In this document: piece after piece, positions 48,107 to 58,125 of the stretch
How positions within the stretch are numbered: position 1 is the stretch's first letter
How the letters are laid out: each line of letters begins with the position of its first letter
Assembly: GCA_963801165.1 (NCBI GenBank)
Contig: CAWDDT010000006.1
Span: forward strand, 416,001-480,000
Reading direction: 5' to 3'
Source: an uncultured bacterium
Lineage (GTDB): Bacteria; Actinomycetota; Acidimicrobiia; Spongiisociales; UBA5794
Length of the DNA: 64,000 nt
The notes under the pieces: generated by a model
What the model saw: only the letters and a program-made list of their open reading frames with translations
Database searches by the model: none
Told to the model about the DNA's origin: nothing
Translations under genes and position numbers: made by a program

Positions 48107-48975
48107 TACATCGGCAGCGGCATAGGCAGCGTGACGACCTCGCCCGGCATGCCGGCAACCGAAACGAGCGAACCCGGCTCGACCTCGACCCGGATCATCG
48201 CCAGAGCCAGGGACTTCTCGAGCGTTGCGGACCATGCCGTCGATGTCACCGAACCGACCGGTCGCTCCCCCGCGATGACCTCGGCGCCGGGATCGGGTGG
48301 CTCCCCTACGATGACCAGCCCGGTGAGGCTCCGGTTCACGTGCCCTCGCGAGTCGATCCTGGCGACCAGCTCCTGACCCAGGTAGCAGCCCTTGGTGAAG
48401 TCCACCGCCGTGGCGACATCGACCCCCTCCTGGGGAATCGTGGTGTCGTCGAGATCGACACCCATCACGGCTTCGCCGATGGCTATCCGGAGCACCTCGA
48501 CTCTGTCATCCCCCGACTTCTCACCATCGGGACGGCTCCCGACGACCAGGATCCGCTCCTCGCTGCCATACCGAAACGGCATGCGGAACCGAACCGGTAC
48601 CTCGCCGCTCCAGCTTCCGGGCGGCGGCACGGCACCGATACCGTCCGCGGCGCCGGATCCCCACCGCTCCCAGATCGTCTCTGGCTCGACCTCGATCGTC
48701 ACATCGACACGGATCTTGAACCGGCGCAAATCATCGGCAACCACCCCGGTGCGCCCGGCATCACAGACCAGCCCGATCCGCTCGGAGCCGCGGAGAACCA
48801 ACAGGGTCGCTCGCAGCTTCCCTTTTGGGGACAGCAACAACGACCGTGCCGTCCCGCCCACGGGGATGGCGGCAATGTTCTGGCTGAGAAGCCCGTCCAG
48901 GAAAGAGACCGCGTCGGCCCCCGATACCCAAACGATCCCGGAACGTCCGCTGGTCAGCAGCGGGAGCTCAGACAT
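48106..48975 (-). CDS. YgfZ/GcvT-family folate-binding protein
   Basis: KGCYLGQE signature; VSGADAVSFLDGLLSQ. Confidence 0.92.
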   Translation of the reverse strand: MSELPLLTSGRSGIVWVSGADAVSFLDGLLSQNIAAIPVGGTARSLLLSPKGKLRATLLVLRGSERIGLVCDAGRTGVVADDLRRFKIRVDVTIEVEPETIWERWGSGAADGIGAVPPPGSWSGEVPVRFRMPFRYGSEERILVVGSRPDGEKSGDDRVEVLRIAIGEAVMGVDLDDTTIPQEGVDVATAVDFTKGCYLGQELVARIDSRGHVNRSLTGLVIVGEPPDPGAEVIAGERPVGSVTSTAWSATLEKSLALAMIRVEVEPGSLVSVAGMPGEVVTLPMPLPM

Positions 48976-50452
48976 GATGGGCCGCTTCAACGGCGGCGAG
49001 CACGGCGGCCGCCTTGTTCATGCATTCCTGATACTCGGCGCCGGGGTCGCTGTCTGCGACCACACCGGCGCCCGCCTGGACCCAGGCCTTGCCGCCCGCG
49101 GCCACCAGGGTGCGGAGAGCTATAGCGGTATCGAGGTTCCCGGAGAAGTCGATGTAGCCGACTGCCCCTGCGTAGGGCCCGCGAGCAGTGGGCTCGAGGT
49201 CGTCGATGATCTCCATCGCACGTACCTTGGGGGCGCCCGATACCGTGCCATGGGGGAACGTTGCCCGCAATACGTCCACGGGGCCGATGTCGGGCCGCAA
49301 CCGGCCGGACACTCCAGAGACGATGTGCATCACGTGGGAATACCGTTCGATCACCATGAGGTCGTCGACGCTGATCGTGCCGAACTCGCAGACCCGCCCG
49401 AGGTCGTTTCTCGCCAGATCGATCAGCATCACGTGCTCGGCACGCTCCTTCGGGTCGGCCAGCAGCTCGGCTTCCAGGCGCTCATCCTCGGTGCTCGTCT
49501 TGCCCCTGGGCCGGGTGCCCGCGATCGGGCGACTGGTGGCGATGCCGTCGCGGGCCCGCACCATGAGCTCGGGGGACGAGCCCACGATGGCGACGTCTTC
49601 GCCACGGACGAAGAACATGAATGGTGACGGATTGACTAGACGTAGCGCACGGTACACGCGGAAGGGGTCGGTATCCAGATCGACCTCGAGCCGGATCGAC
49701 GGGACGATCTGAAACGCGTCGCCGTTCCTGATGTGCTTCTTGGCGACGCGCACGGCCTCCTCGAACTCCTCCCGACTCATGTTGGCAATTGCCTCGGGCC
49801 GGGCGTCAAACCCGGGACGTGGCAGCGCCTCGTAGCGTGCGGGTGCCGCAAGTCGCTCTGCCGCGGCCTCCAAGTCGGCGACGGCACGATCGTAGTCTGC
49901 CTCCGGGTCCTCACCCACGAATACGTTTCTGATCAACGTGACCGTGTCCCGGAACCGATCGACGGCGGCGAGCATCCCGAAGAACTGCCAAACCATCTCC
50001 GGGAGTTGTCGATCGTCCGGCGGACGGTTGGGTAGATGCTCGATGTGTCGAACTGCGTCGTAGGCGAGATAGCCGACCGCCCCCGAGTGCAACGGTGGCA
50101 AGTCGCGGCCGTGGCCGAGCTCTTCGGATGTGGGCACAGACAACGAAGCGATGACCTTCTCGAGGACCGTGAGTGGATCGCCATCTGGCAGCTCCCGGTA
50201 TCTCCCGGTGACCGCACAGCGACCGTCCCGGGCGTGCAGCGTGAACTCAGGCTGCCCCCCAACAAACGACCATCGCGCCCAACGCTCACCACCCTCCACA
50301 GACTCGAGAAGGAAACCCGGCTCGTCACCGATCAGCTTCTCGAATGCCGATATGGCCGTCTCCCTGTCTGCCAGCACCTCGACCGATATGGGCACGACCT
50401 CGTAGCGAGAGGCGAGATCGACGAACCGGGCACGCGAGAGGTCTGGTGTCAT
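48968..50452 (-). CDS. trpE: Anthranilate synthase component I
   Basis: FLLESVEGG, NPSPFM, GSSPE, PIAGTRPRG, EHVMLIDLARND, GTVSGAPK. Confidence 0.93.
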   Translation of the reverse strand: MTPDLSRARFVDLASRYEVVPISVEVLADRETAISAFEKLIGDEPGFLLESVEGGERWARWSFVGGQPEFTLHARDGRCAVTGRYRELPDGDPLTVLEKVIASLSVPTSEELGHGRDLPPLHSGAVGYLAYDAVRHIEHLPNRPPDDRQLPEMVWQFFGMLAAVDRFRDTVTLIRNVFVGEDPEADYDRAVADLEAAAERLAAPARYEALPRPGFDARPEAIANMSREEFEEAVRVAKKHIRNGDAFQIVPSIRLEVDLDTDPFRVYRALRLVNPSPFMFFVRGEDVAIVGSSPELMVRARDGIATSRPIAGTRPRGKTSTEDERLEAELLADPKERAEHVMLIDLARNDLGRVCEFGTISVDDLMVIERYSHVMHIVSGVSGRLRPDIGPVDVLRATFPHGTVSGAPKVRAMEIIDDLEPTARGPYAGAVGYIDFSGNLDTAIALRTLVAAGGKAWVQAGAGVVADSDPGAEYQECMNKAAAVLAAVEAAHHV

Positions 50453-50487
50453 GACGGCGAGGTTAGACCGCACCACCGCAACCGGAA

Positions 50488-51270
50488 TCACACACTCGTC
50501 AGGCTGTCGAGCCCGATCGCGCGCAGCAACTTGTCGAAGAAGGAGGAGAGGACGTTCACATTGCCGGTGACCATGAGCAGACCGAAGCCGGCGAGCAACA
50601 ACCCGGAGAAGACGCTGATCGGGGTCAGGTAGCGCTTGATTCCGTTGAAGACGGAGAACGTCTTGGCGAGCACGAGCGAGGCGACCAGGAAGGGCACGCC
50701 GAGGCCAAGCGAATAGAACGCAAGGACGAGCATCGCGTGCCCGGTTTGACCCGACGTCTCCGCGTTGAGGCCGAGGGTGAGCGCGGCACCGAGAAATGGC
50801 CCGATGCACGGGGTCCACCCGAATGCGAACGCCATCCCCATCACCGGTGGAGCGAATGCCCCGAATCGGCTGGGGCGGATCTCCAGGCGCCGGTCTTTCA
50901 TCACCGGCAGCAATATGCGGGGCTGCCAGATCGCGGTGACCGCGATGAACACGCCCATGACGATGATCACCCACCCGGCGATCGTGGTGAACACCCCGCC
51001 GTTCAGGAGACGTCCGATCGACGAAGCGGCGCCACCAAAGAGCACGACAAAAACGAGCGTGAACCCGAGTATGAACAGGATCGTGGCCCTGGCCACCTTC
51101 CACATCGAGGCCTGACCTTCGGCGATCTCACGGGTCGAATATCCGGACATCAACCCGAGGTATCCGGGCAGGAGGGGAAGCACGCACGGCGAGAGGAAGG
51201 AAGCGGCGCCGGCGAGAACGGCCGCGACCAGCGAGGTGTCTACCTCCGCCAGGAACGTATGAACGCTCAA
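50488..51270 (-). CDS. ccdA: Cytochrome c biogenesis protein CcdA (DsbD TM domain)
   Basis: SFLSPCVLP and FGWTPCIGP Cys motifs; GAGGAG RBS before TTG. Confidence 0.92.
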   Translation of the reverse strand: MSVHTFLAEVDTSLVAAVLAGAASFLSPCVLPLLPGYLGLMSGYSTREIAEGQASMWKVARATILFILGFTLVFVVLFGGAASSIGRLLNGGVFTTIAGWVIIVMGVFIAVTAIWQPRILLPVMKDRRLEIRPSRFGAFAPPVMGMAFAFGWTPCIGPFLGAALTLGLNAETSGQTGHAMLVLAFYSLGLGVPFLVASLVLAKTFSVFNGIKRYLTPISVFSGLLLAGFGLLMVTGNVNVLSSFFDKLLRAIGLDSLTSV

Positions 51271-51410
51271 GATGCTCCTCCTCAGGGCGTCGCCCGTCGA
51301 CAACAAGAGCCCACACCGGTTTGTTCCAACACGTGGTGATGCGGGCCGTCGACCTCGACGCAGGGTAACCTCGTTGCGCTGATGGTTGACCACAACGGGC
51401 GTAGAACCGC

Positions 51411-52733
51411 ATGCCGGTGATCTCCGACTTCACCATTCGGGACCGGCGGGTGCTGACTTTGATGATGTTTGTCGCGCTCGTAGCGGGCTATGGCGGCAGC
51501 CAGCTGAGTCATACGCTGCCGTTCGCCCGCAACGACCTCGGACTCAGCGAGGGCGGCATGAACTGGGTTTTTGCGGCTACCCGTGTCGCATCGTTCGTCG
51601 GTCTCGGCTTCATGGTCTATGCCGACCGCCACGGGCGGCGACGCCCGTTCCTCATTGCCTACGCTCTGCTCCCCATCGGCAATCTACTGACCGCGATTGC
51701 GCCGGATCCGGTCACCTTCGCCGCCGCACAAAGCGTCACCCGCATCGCGGTCATCGCAGTTGCCGGGCTCGCCATCGTTCTGCTTGCCGAAGAGCTGACG
51801 CCACGGCTCAGAGCCCTCGGGATCGGCCTATACGCGCTGGCCGGGGCGGCCGGCTCCGGTCTAGGGCTCAGTGTGCTGCCGATCGCCGACACCAGCGATG
51901 CCGCCTACCGGCTTCTCTTTGCGTTCACCGGTGTCGGCCTGCTCGGGATCCCGGTACTGATGAGATTCCTGAACGAGAGCCGGGCGTTCGTCGCCTACCA
52001 GCACAAGGTCACATTCCGCACCGCCCTCCGCGCCGGTTTGGGACGGCACTTCTGGCCCATGGCCGCAATCTCGTTTTTCGTCGCCATGTTCTCAGCCCCG
52101 GCCACGTCCTTTGTCATGGAGCGGTTGGTCGACAATCTCGCATGGGAGACGGGCCCCGCCCGCTTCCTGCTCATGGTGTTCAGCGGTCTCGGTACAGCCG
52201 GCGTGGTCATCGGCGGAAGACTCGCCGATCGAATCGGCCGCAAGCAGACGACCATCCTGGCTCTCCTCACAGGACTCGTCGGCGGCGTGGCCTTCTACAC
52301 CCAGGACAGCGGCTGGGTGCTCGCCCCTGCGATCTTCCTCGCCACGATGGGCCTGGGCATGCTCACACCATCTCTGGCGTCGCACCGTTCCGAGCTGTTC
52401 CCAACGAGGGTGCGGGCCACAGCGGCCGGGTGGATAACAAACGTCGCCATCGGAGGCAGCATCGCCGGTTTCACCATCGGAGGGCTGGTAGTCGACAGGG
52501 TCGGGCTGCCGCGTACGATCACTGCCCTCGGTGCCGGTCTCCTCATCGCCGTCCTCCTGGTCACCCGGTTGCCGGAGACGCGGGGGATGGACCTGGTGCG
52601 CTCCCGAGCGGGCCAGCAACGTGCCACCAGGCAAGGGCCACGAAACGCAACACCATCATCGTCGTCACAGCCCACCACACGCCGGGTAGACCCCAATCCT
52701 GCCACTGCACCACAGCAAGCACCACAGCAGTAA
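51411..52733 (+). CDS. MFS transporter
   Basis: About 12 TM helices; ADRHGRR and GRLADRIGRK motif A; ELFPTRVRATA; LPETRG. Confidence 0.9.
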   Translation: MPVISDFTIRDRRVLTLMMFVALVAGYGGSQLSHTLPFARNDLGLSEGGMNWVFAATRVASFVGLGFMVYADRHGRRRPFLIAYALLPIGNLLTAIAPDPVTFAAAQSVTRIAVIAVAGLAIVLLAEELTPRLRALGIGLYALAGAAGSGLGLSVLPIADTSDAAYRLLFAFTGVGLLGIPVLMRFLNESRAFVAYQHKVTFRTALRAGLGRHFWPMAAISFFVAMFSAPATSFVMERLVDNLAWETGPARFLLMVFSGLGTAGVVIGGRLADRIGRKQTTILALLTGLVGGVAFYTQDSGWVLAPAIFLATMGLGMLTPSLASHRSELFPTRVRATAAGWITNVAIGGSIAGFTIGGLVVDRVGLPRTITALGAGLLIAVLLVTRLPETRGMDLVRSRAGQQRATRQGPRNATPSSSSQPTTRRVDPNPATAPQQAPQQ

Positions 52734-53892
52734 CGAAAGCTGCACCAACCGTCGACCCCGCCAGGAAGACAAACCGGGAGGCGCCGATCGCAATCCCGTC
52801 CCAGACGAACACGACAGCGTTCAGCGGTTGCATGAGCACGACGAACAGATAGACGCCGGACACCGCCCTGATCACGCTGCGGTCGTTGCTGAACAGTTCG
52901 GGAAGCACTCCTCTCCCGGCCGCCATCGCCACTGCCAGCACCACACCCACGAGCAGGCCCCACCAGAGCAATCGGCGCGCATAGGCACGGGCCAGAAGGC
53001 GGTCGCCGTCGAAGTGGAGACCGACGAGAGCCTGGGCCGCGATAGCCAGCGAGTCGACCACGAGAGCTAGGAACAGCCACAGCTGCATCGCAACCTGGTG
53101 AGCCGCGACGACCTCGTCCCCCTGCCTCGTGGCAACTGCGGTGGCGAGCGTCAACGCCCCGAGCAACGCCCCGCTGCGGATGACCAACGCCCGACCGGCA
53201 CCCACCAGCGGACGCAATCCCGCCAGACCGGGCCAGGCCACCTGGAGCGAGAATCCGGCCCGGCGGCGTCGCAGCAGCTCGACGAACACCAGCGCCCCGA
53301 TCCATTGTGCGGCAGTCGTCGCCCAGGCTGCTCCCGCCAGACCCCACCCGAGACCAAAGATGAGAACGGGATCGAGAATGAGGTTGAACAAAGATACCGA
53401 GCCCACCACCCACATCGGCGTCTTCGTGTCCTGGTAGCCGCGGAAAACGCCATGAGCCACGGTGGCCAGCAAGACGGCAGGTAGCCCCAGAGCCCTGATC
53501 CTCAGGTACACGGATGCGTCTGAGAGCAGATCTGCCCTGGCACCCATCACACTGAGGATCGGTCCGGCGAGAATCTCCAGGACCACCGCCGCTGCGGCCC
53601 CGATGCCGACTCCGAGAACGAGCGCTCCAATAGTGAGCCGCCCGGCCCGATCGCGATCTCCGGCGGCCAGGGCTCCGGCGACCAGCGGTGTCGTTCCGTA
53701 TGCAAGGAAGTTGAAGAGGAAAAAGGAGACCGAGAAGACAGCAACCGCGACACCCAACGACCCGAGAGCGACAAGCCCCAGCCGTCCGACGAAGGCGGTG
53801 TCCACGAGCGATACGAGCGGGTCCGCCGCCAGCGTTCCCAGAGCCGGTATCGCCAATCGAAATATCTCGCGATCGAGGTCGCGCCCGGTCAC
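52561..53892 (-). CDS. MATE family efflux transporter (DinF-like)
   Basis: LAIPALGTLAADPLVSLVDTAFVGRLG, FNFLAYGTT, RGYQDTKTP; GTGA-coupled to the nth stop. Confidence 0.92.
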   Translation of the reverse strand: MTGRDLDREIFRLAIPALGTLAADPLVSLVDTAFVGRLGLVALGSLGVAVAVFSVSFFLFNFLAYGTTPLVAGALAAGDRDRAGRLTIGALVLGVGIGAAAAVVLEILAGPILSVMGARADLLSDASVYLRIRALGLPAVLLATVAHGVFRGYQDTKTPMWVVGSVSLFNLILDPVLIFGLGWGLAGAAWATTAAQWIGALVFVELLRRRRAGFSLQVAWPGLAGLRPLVGAGRALVIRSGALLGALTLATAVATRQGDEVVAAHQVAMQLWLFLALVVDSLAIAAQALVGLHFDGDRLLARAYARRLLWWGLLVGVVLAVAMAAGRGVLPELFSNDRSVIRAVSGVYLFVVLMQPLNAVVFVWDGIAIGASRFVFLAGSTVGAAFVTAVVLAVVQWQDWGLPGVWWAVTTMMVLRFVALAWWHVAGPLGSAPGPSPASPATG

Positions 53893-54575
53893 CGGCTGTC
53901 TCGAGGGCGTCGGGTCTTCGGCTGATACGGACACCGATCCCGGAGCGGGCACTCCCAGCAGCGAGGCGTCCTGGCATCGCATATGTCTCGCCCGAACTGG
54001 ATGAAACGCATCGATATCCCGGCCCACGTCTTCTGCAGGTACAGCTCCTTGAGATCGTTCTCGATCTTCGCCGGGTCTGTGTGAGCGGTGAGACCGAGCC
54101 GACGGGTCACCCGTTTGACGTGCGTATCCACCGCAATGGCGGCATCGCCCCAAACCTCCGCCAGCACGACGCTGGCGGTCTTTCTGCCCACCCCCCGCAG
54201 TGTCACCATCGCGTTGAGATCGCGGGGCACCTCGCCATCGAACTTCTCGACGATGTCGGCCGCGAGGGCGAGAATCGACTTCGTCTTCTGGCGGTAGAAA
54301 CCAGTCGAGTAGACAACGCTCTCGACCTCCTCGGGTGCGGCTGCAGCCAGGTCCTCCGGGGTCGGCCATCTCGAGAACAACACCGGTGTCACCCGATTGA
54401 CGTTGTCGTCGGTCGTCTGCGCCGAGAGGACAGTGCTCACCAGAAGCTGCCAGGGGTCGTCGTAGTCGAGCGCGGTGCCCATCTCCGGATAGAGCTCGTG
54501 AAGCCGCCTGAGGATGATCCGCGCCGAGCGGCGCCGCTGCGCCAGCGGTTGCTCGAGAGGACTGGTGGCCACCAT
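53889..54575 (-). CDS. nth: Endonuclease III
   Basis: LSAQTTD, GVGRKTA HhH, AVDTHV, C-X6-C-X2-C-X5-C FeS motif. Confidence 0.96.
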   Translation of the reverse strand: MVATSPLEQPLAQRRRSARIILRRLHELYPEMGTALDYDDPWQLLVSTVLSAQTTDDNVNRVTPVLFSRWPTPEDLAAAAPEEVESVVYSTGFYRQKTKSILALAADIVEKFDGEVPRDLNAMVTLRGVGRKTASVVLAEVWGDAAIAVDTHVKRVTRRLGLTAHTDPAKIENDLKELYLQKTWAGISMRFIQFGRDICDARTPRCWECPLRDRCPYQPKTRRPRDSR

Positions 54576-54653
54576 GGCCGGGAAGTGTAGGGCCGGGACC
54601 ACCCGCCCGTGTGGGTTCACGACGGCCGAGCGGCGGCGGCTACGATCCAGTCC

Positions 54654-55214
54654 GTGGATTTACGCACAGCCGTCACGGAGAGGGCCCGGGTCGAGGGGAA
54701 CCTGGTGCTTGTTGACGAGTTCCTCAACCATCGCGTCGATCCCGAGGTGATCGCCTCGGTGGGCACCGCGCTGGCCGAGGTATTCACCGCTCTCGAACCG
54801 AATCTCATCCTGACCGCCGAAGCGTCGGGTATCCCGCCGGCGATGGCGTGCTCGCAAGAGATGGGTGTGCCGATGGTCTATGCCAAGAAGTATCTCGGAA
54901 CGGGCGACCGGTATTCGTACGGTCGCGAGGTCACCTCACCTACCAAGGGAGTCGAGTACCGGGTCGAAGTCGCCCGGCGGGTGCTTCCTCCGGGGTTGCG
55001 TGTGGTCGTCGTCGACGATTTCCTGGCCAGGGGCCGCACGGCAGAGGCACTCGGCGAGATCGTCGCCGAAGCCGGCTGCGAGGTGCTGGGCTTCGGGTTC
55101 GCCATCGAGAAGCAGTGGCAGGGGGGTCGGGAACGGCTCGAGCGACACGGCTGGAAGGTGCACTCGGTGGTAGAGCTCGTCAGCCTCGAGGGATCCTCGG
55201 TCATCATCAAGTGA
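54654..55214 (+). CDS. xpt: Xanthine phosphoribosyltransferase
   Basis: VDEFLNHRVDP, TAEASGI, VVDDFLARG, IEKQWQGGR. Confidence 0.88.
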   Translation: MDLRTAVTERARVEGNLVLVDEFLNHRVDPEVIASVGTALAEVFTALEPNLILTAEASGIPPAMACSQEMGVPMVYAKKYLGTGDRYSYGREVTSPTKGVEYRVEVARRVLPPGLRVVVVDDFLARGRTAEALGEIVAEAGCEVLGFGFAIEKQWQGGRERLERHGWKVHSVVELVSLEGSSVIIK

Positions 55215-55639
55215 TCGACAAGGAGCGCGTCGCCGCGATTCGGGCTCGCTACGACGGGTGCTTCGGTTGCGGAACCTCCAATCAGATCGGGCTGCGTCTC
55301 GATGGGTTCATGCGCGACGGAAACCGTGTCCGGGTCCAGTTCCGGCCCCCGCAGCAATACAGCGGCTTCACCGATGTCGTTCATGGCGGCATTGTCGCCA
55401 GCGCTCTCGACGAGGTGATGGCGTGGACGGCGATGCTCGTTGAAGGTGTAATCGTGGTGACGGGTACTCTCGATCTCCGGTTCCGCAGACCCGCACGTAC
55501 CGGCACCGAGTTCGCTCTGGTAGGCACTCTCGAATCGCGCCGCGGTCGACGTCTCATGATCGCGGCAACGATGCTCGACGGCGACACCGTGGTCGCTGAA
55601 GCGTCGGCAATGTTCCTCGTGATGGAAGATCTGGATTAG
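55211..55639 (+). CDS. PaaI-family hotdog thioesterase
   Basis: CFGCG..N..GL, VHGGIVASALDE; GTGA overlap with xpt. Confidence 0.88.
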   Translation: MIDKERVAAIRARYDGCFGCGTSNQIGLRLDGFMRDGNRVRVQFRPPQQYSGFTDVVHGGIVASALDEVMAWTAMLVEGVIVVTGTLDLRFRRPARTGTEFALVGTLESRRGRRLMIAATMLDGDTVVAEASAMFLVMEDLD

Positions 55640-55679
55640 CCCGACCGCCCGGTGACAACTGGATACCGGCCGTGGGCGG

Positions 55680-56126
55680 CTAACCGCCGAACAGGACCAA
55701 CAACCCGAACCCGGCCGCCAGGTTGATGAATCCCGCCACCACCTGCCAGAACGCCCGCGGGTTCTTCTCGGGCCGCAGCCCGCGCCGCAAACGTTCTCCA
55801 GCGTTGACCCGTTTCAGCTCGCCTCGCCTCACGTCGGGATCGTCGTAGTCCTCGTCATGACGCTGCCGAGCACCGAAGAGAGCTCCAGCCGCACCCAATC
55901 CCATGCTCGTATACCCGCCGCCGCTTGCCCCCCCAGCGAGCAGCAGGAGAACACCACTTGCCATTGCGACGTAGGCGATACCGTCCATGACCGATGCGGT
56001 CGTGAAGAGACCGATCGCGCTACCGGCCAGGATGATCGCGCCCCAGCCGATCGCGAACACCGCCAGGTAGTCGGGAATGCGATCCCGCAACGGCAGCATC
56101 TCCTCCGGTGGGGCCGTCCCGGTCAT
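55680..56126 (-). CDS. Hypothetical membrane protein (3 TM)
   Basis: Hydrophobic segments; ATGA overlap with the upstream ORF. Confidence 0.7.
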   Translation of the reverse strand: MTGTAPPEEMLPLRDRIPDYLAVFAIGWGAIILAGSAIGLFTTASVMDGIAYVAMASGVLLLLAGGASGGGYTSMGLGAAGALFGARQRHDEDYDDPDVRRGELKRVNAGERLRRGLRPEKNPRAFWQVVAGFINLAAGFGLLVLFGG

Positions 56127-56407
56127 CGGAAGGAGGCCGTCTTCTCCTCTTCGGCTCGCGCCTGGAGGTATCGCAGGATGCGCACGCACATGGCAATCAT
56201 GCCGAGGAGAATGAACAGAGCTCCGAAGAGCCAGCCGATGAACTCGAACCCGGCGAAGTAGCTGTTGCGGCAGTTGCTGAGCCCGTCGCCGCACAGCCCC
56301 CATCCGCTGCCGCCGCGGCGAAGGTCAAGAAGCACCATGAGCGGAATGAGCGCCACTGCGATGGCGGCGGTGATGAGTGCGACAATGGCGGCACGCAGTA
56401 CGGTCAT
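56123..56407 (-). CDS. Hypothetical membrane protein (2 TM, Cys pair in loop)
   Basis: TATTCT-6nt-ATG leaderless signature; C-X5-C loop between two TM helices. Confidence 0.7.
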   Translation of the reverse strand: MTVLRAAIVALITAAIAVALIPLMVLLDLRRGGSGWGLCGDGLSNCRNSYFAGFEFIGWLFGALFILLGMIAMCVRILRYLQARAEEEKTASFR

Positions 56408-56493
56408 GCGCGGAGAATACCGCGATTTCGAATTGAAGCGGTGCCGTCACCGCGACTATTAGGGTGCAGTCCGGCGACGGAGTGAGGTGGCGA

Positions 56494-58125
56494 ATGGACT
56501 TCTACCGGGAGCAATTCACAGATGCGGAGCGAGCGGTCCTGACCCGCTTCTTCACCAACCTCGACGGCCCGGTCTTCGCCATCGTCAACCTGCCCGAGGT
56601 AGTCAAGGGGGCGCTCTTCGCCAGATACAGCAGGTCGTTCAAGTCGGTGCGCCGGCTGTTTCTCGATGAGTTCTACAACCAACCCGACGTGGGTGTGAAG
56701 CATCTCGCGGCAGCTCTCGACGGTGACGATCCGATGGTCAAGCTGCAACGGGCCCAGGCGCTCTATGACCGTGTGTTCTCCGAGTTCGGCGACGATTCCG
56801 TTGCGCAACTCGGTGGGGCGCACCTCGCCTGCGAACAGGCCTCCAACCTGTTGACCAAGGTGCTCGAGTGGGGGCGTCTGGCCGCCTACCTCGAACAAAG
56901 CACGCGTTACATCTTCTACGACGAGAAACTGGGCGATCACTACCGCTACATGATCCCACCGGAGATCGAGGCCTCGCCGTATCGGGACCGTTTCGTGGAA
57001 ACAATGGAGTGGCTGTTCGACACCTACGCCGCCCTTGTTGCGCAGGTGGTCCCCTACTACGAGGCCCTGTACCCGAAACAAGAGGGCGATTCCAACTTCG
57101 TATGGCGATCGACCATCCGGGCCAAGGCGTGTGACGATATCCGTGGTCTGCTCCCCGCTTCGACCCAATCGAGCGTTGGGATCTTCGCCACCGGACAGAC
57201 ATACGAGATGATGCTGATCAGGATGCGGGCACACCCTCTCGCCGAGGTGAGAGAGTATGCCGCCTTGATGCTCACCGAGCTGCGGAAGGTCATCCCATCG
57301 TTCATGCGTCGCGTCGACCTTCCCGACCGGGGTGGCGACTGGACCAGTTACCTGGTGCAAGTGACCGAGCGAATGAACGACCTGGCCGACCGGATCGAGG
57401 TCGAGCCGGAGCCGCGGGACGAGGTGACCCTGGTCGAATGGGATACGGACGCCGAGCTGAAGATCGCCGCCGCCGCTCTCTACCCGTACACCGATCTCCC
57501 CGACGATCAGATCCTCGCCCACGTCTCCCGGATGAACGAGGACCAGCAAGCCGAACTGATCCACGGTTACATCGGCGACCGTCGCAACCGGCGTCACAAG
57601 CCCGGGCGCGGTCTGGAGAGATCGGCCTACCGGTTCGACATCCTCTGCGACTACGGGGTCTTCCGAGATCTTCAACGCCACCGGATGCTCTCGATCGACT
57701 GGCAGCGTTTGTCGCCCACCCACGGCTACGTGACTCCCGACTCGATCGGGGACGTCGGGGCAACATCGGTCTGGGACGAGGCGATGTCACGGACTCGGGG
57801 GCTGTACGACGACATCGCCGCGGACCTGGGCAGCGACGTCGCCCAATACGTCGTCCCCTTCGCCTACCGGATCCGCTTCTTCTTCCAGCTCAACGCCCGC
57901 GAAGCGCTGCACCTCCTGGAGTTGCGCACCGGGGCCGGGGGGCATCCCGGGTACCGGCGGTTGTGTCAGGAGATGCACCGCCTCATCGCCGAGCAGGCCG
58001 GCCACCGCAACCTCGCGGCGGCAATGAGCTTCGTCGACCACAACGACTACGACCTTGCCCGGCTTGACAGCGAGAGGCGGGCTGCGGCCAAGAGGGCCGC
58101 ACTCAGCATCGAAGATCCTGCCTAG
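56494..58125 (+). CDS. thyX: FAD-dependent thymidylate synthase, two-domain form
   Basis: LFARYSRS, GDDSVAQL, LEQSTRY, RDLQRHR, LLELRT..GHP.YR; about twice the length of a single Thy1 domain. Confidence 0.88.
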   Translation: MDFYREQFTDAERAVLTRFFTNLDGPVFAIVNLPEVVKGALFARYSRSFKSVRRLFLDEFYNQPDVGVKHLAAALDGDDPMVKLQRAQALYDRVFSEFGDDSVAQLGGAHLACEQASNLLTKVLEWGRLAAYLEQSTRYIFYDEKLGDHYRYMIPPEIEASPYRDRFVETMEWLFDTYAALVAQVVPYYEALYPKQEGDSNFVWRSTIRAKACDDIRGLLPASTQSSVGIFATGQTYEMMLIRMRAHPLAEVREYAALMLTELRKVIPSFMRRVDLPDRGGDWTSYLVQVTERMNDLADRIEVEPEPRDEVTLVEWDTDAELKIAAAALYPYTDLPDDQILAHVSRMNEDQQAELIHGYIGDRRNRRHKPGRGLERSAYRFDILCDYGVFRDLQRHRMLSIDWQRLSPTHGYVTPDSIGDVGATSVWDEAMSRTRGLYDDIAADLGSDVAQYVVPFAYRIRFFFQLNAREALHLLELRTGAGGHPGYRRLCQEMHRLIAEQAGHRNLAAAMSFVDHNDYDLARLDSERRAAAKRAALSIEDPA

